From the NCBI RefSeq assembly GCF_006345805.1, contig NC_043016.1:25234001-25298000 (forward strand): a stretch of DNA of 64,000 nt, in the 5' to 3' direction. Source of the DNA: Octopus sinensis (Eukaryota). Below are positions 61,035 through 64,000 of the stretch, piece by piece; the stretch's first letter is position 1; each line of letters starts with the position of its first letter. Position numbers and translations under genes: made by a program. A model generated the notes under the pieces. The model saw nothing but the letters and a program-made list of their open reading frames with translations. It did not search any database and was not told where the DNA came from.

Positions 61035-62010
61035 CTGTGAAAGTGTAGCTGCTAGAATAAGAATAGCCTGGGCAAAATTCAGAGAGCTCCTACCTCTGCT
61101 GGTGACAAAGGGCCTCTCACTCAGAGTAAAAGGTAGACTGTATGACATGTATGTGAACAACCATGCTACATGGCAGTGAAACATGGGCTGTGACTACTGA
61201 GGACATGTGTAAGCTTGCAAGGAATGAAGCCAGTATGCTCCGCTGGATATGTAATGTCAGTGTGCATACATGACAGAGTGTAAGCGCCCTGAAAGAAAAG
61301 TTTGACCTGAGAAGCATCATATGTGGTGTGCCAGAGAGACGACTGCACTGGTATGGTCATGTGTTGCGAATGGATGAGAACAGCTGTGTGAAAAAGTGTC
61401 ACACTCTAGCAGTTGAGGGAGCCTGCAGAAAAGCTGGGATGAGATGATAAAGCATGACTTCCAAACATTGGGCATCACCGAGGCAATGATTAGTGACCAA
61501 GACCTTTGGAGATATGCTTGAGAAGACCTGGCAAGCCAAGTGAGACCATAACCGTAGCTTATGCCACTTCAGTATAACCAGCTCATTTAAGAGTACCCTT
61601 CAATCATTGGGCAATAAACTATGCTTGCAAAGACCTGTTGAGGCAAGTGAAATCGTTGTGACTGATGACAGTACTGCATGATGGCACCCATGGCAGTGGC
61701 ACATTAAAAGCACCATTTGAGTGTGATCCTTGCCAGTGCCGCCTGACTGGCACCTGTGCCGGTGGCATGTAAAGCGCACCATTTGAGCGTGGTTGATGCC
61801 AGTACTGCCTGACTGGCCCTCATGCCAGTGACATGTTAAAAGCACCCACTACACTCTCTGAGTGGTTGGCGTCAGGAAGGGCATTCAGCTGTAGAAACTC
61901 TGCCTGATCAGATTGGAGACTGGTGCAGCCTCCTGGCTCGCCAGCCCTCAGTCAAACCATCCAATCCATGCCGGCATGAAAAGTGGATGATAAACAATGA
62001 TGATAATGAT
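61035..62010 (+). mobile_element. 5'-truncated RTE copy
   Basis: ESVAARIRIAWAKFRELLPLLVTKGLSLRVKGRLYD; VNTR units at about 61670-61850; (GAT)n-like tail near 62000. Confidence 0.9.
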
Positions 62011-62620
62011 TTATTCTATAGTAGAAGTCATTTGCCCAACGTACTACATGCACACACACACACATGCTCATGCACACACAAATATTTGGCACACTCTTTT
62101 TAAGACATCCTGTTTAGTAGTATCTCCTAAAGGATGTATTAAAATCTTGCTCCAACTTGTGCCTGACAAGACCTTTCCTTTAACTTTGCATCATTAAGAT
62201 TGTTACAAAGTGTTGAGTCTCTATAAAATTAAGATCCATGTTTAATGCACTGTTCATTTTAATACCTGGACACCTCTTTCATCATTTAAATCTTTGTTTC
62301 TAATCAGATAATTTGTCATATGCCTTTTCTTGGAATCTGGGTTTACCCAAGTTATTTTAGTTGGTGTTTTTATGTTCAAAGAACATGTTAAAAAGTCAAA
62401 GTTAAGTATGTGCCCATTTGTTGGGAAAAAAAAAAAATTAAAATTTGACTTTGATAAGTTCTTCCTGTGATGATCTAAAATAATTCAGACTTTTCATCAA
62501 CTCATTTATTGAACTCCCCAAGAATTAAAGCTTTATCTCCAACTAGAATTTTATGAATAATACTTTTTAGTTACATTTAAAACATGTTCCTCCATCAGAA
62601 ATATTCATTTTTGCTGCATA

Positions 62621-63032
62621 GGCATAGGAGTGGCTGTGTGGTAAGTAGCTTGCTTACCAATCACATGGTTCTGGGTTCAGTCCCACTGTGTGGCACCTTG
62701 GGTAAGTGTCTTCTACTATAGCCTCGGGCCGACCAAAGCCTTGTGAGTGGATTTGGTAGACGGAAACTGAAAGAAGCCCGTCGTATATGTGTATATATGT
62801 ATATATATGTATGTGCGTGTTTGTGTGTCTGTGTTTGTCCCCCCAACATCGCTTGACAACCGATGCTGGTGTGTTTACGTCCCCGTAACTTAGCGGTTCG
62901 GCAAAAAAGAGACCGATAAAATAAGTACTAGGCTTAGAAAGAATAAGTCCTGGGGTCGATTTGATCGACTAAAAGGCGGTGCCCCAGCATGGCCACAGTC
63001 ACATGACTGAAACAAGTAAAAGAGTAAAGAGT
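62621..63032 (+). mobile_element. SINE family A
   Basis: Full head to tail GAAACAAGTAAAAGAGTAAAGAGT. Confidence 0.9.
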
Positions 63033-63524
63033 TACTGTATGTCACTGAACAGCTACAAGATGGAGACATTGACACAAGGCTACCAGATGGCAGTTCAGTG
63101 AGATATGGTTTTAAAGTTGTCCTAATTGCAAAACTCATTTCTCAGATAAAGCAACAAGGTCCCAACTTGTTTTTCAGTAGATACGATACCTCTCTATCAC
63201 AAAGTTTTTACATTCCAACTGTCAACTGAAAATCTTGTAGGTCTTTTCTGGCAGTTGATTGATGATGGCCTAAGCTAAGCTGTTTTTCCTTAGACCCTTT
63301 ACTGCATCAAACATGCAAGCTCTTTTTTACCATTTACATTACTTACGCAATTCATAATTTCAATTACTTTTTTTTCTAATGTTTTTAGGCTACTTTCAGT
63401 AATTTATTGGCTCAAAAGACTGCATTACTCAAAGAATACATTTATATATATATATAATAGTGTAATAAATAAAATATATGCATACATACAAACATATATA
63501 TACATGCATATATAAATATATATA

Positions 63525-64000
63525 CGTGTGTACAGGACACCACAAATAGATGTAGAACTCAACGAGAAACGAAAACGTAAAAACAGCATGGAACGGACCA
63601 TTTCTTTAACAACGAAAAAACAGAGTACAAGACAACTACACAAGGAAAAATCCCCTTCATCAGCCGTCCCTAGTTCAACTCCAGCGTGTTTCGAAGGTGA
63701 GGACAGAACACGTCTCGTCGAACTAGTCCTTCCTGCAAAAGAATTAAATAAAATTCCTTTGCAGAGGGGTAAAAACAAGGAAAAAAAATGTGACAAAAAC
63801 AGGACGTAAAAACAATACAATTAAAAACAAATACAAAATAAAAATACAATTACAAGAAATACAGTACAAAAAGGAATAGAAACAGGACAGGAAAACAAAT
63901 AAAGAGGGCCTATAAGCCTAGACGAGGAAAAAAATTTTTTTCAGGAGCGCAGGAAGAAACATGTTTACTTGAATAAGGCCGCCAGCGAAAGGAAGTTTGT
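63525..64000 (-). mobile_element. Unclassified, possibly Penelope-like terminal repeat (runs off the window)
   Basis: CpG-rich segment next to (TA)n containing CTGATGAAGGGG and TCGAAAC motifs and a 10-bp stem. Confidence 0.35.

Noticed and set aside
63030-63230. 66-codon open frame after the SINE tail
   Set aside because: No start codon or acceptor; only a faint resemblance to a LINE endonuclease N-terminus.

Overview
Eukaryotic, very AT-rich, repeat-dominated DNA. The repeat content (RTE LINEs with (GAT)n tails, tRNA-headed and Nin/Deu-type SINEs, Penelope-like elements, abundant TA/CA/CAT microsatellites) suggests a coleoid cephalopod such as Octopus; this is an inference, not a database result. 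The only host gene I can name is CLPTM1, whose last coding exon is at 1483-1685 (+), followed by a long AT-rich 3' region. Probable promoter or first-exon regions lie near 46.1 kb and 49.2 kb, and a few splice-consistent but unidentified exon candidates are on the minus strand. The rest is nested mobile DNA: RTE, R4-type and Penelope retroelements, three modular SINE families, Helitron-like elements, hAT, Tc1, maT (DD37D) and pogo remnants, and MITEs. The most notable observations are: (i) a 178-bp-arm palindrome carrying two opposed minimal hammerhead ribozymes, an AT-only sibling of it, and a third hammerhead with an oversized helix II; (ii) an ORF1-only zinc-knuckle retroelement that shares its 3' end with a SINE family and sits inside a Helitron; (iii) a PHD-type finger embedded in the RT region of an RTE family; (iv) a MITE carrying a higher-order TTAGGG array. 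Most ORFs in the supplied track are microsatellite or antisense artefacts. Repeat boundaries were set by eye and are approximate unless a TSD, TIR or terminal motif is quoted.
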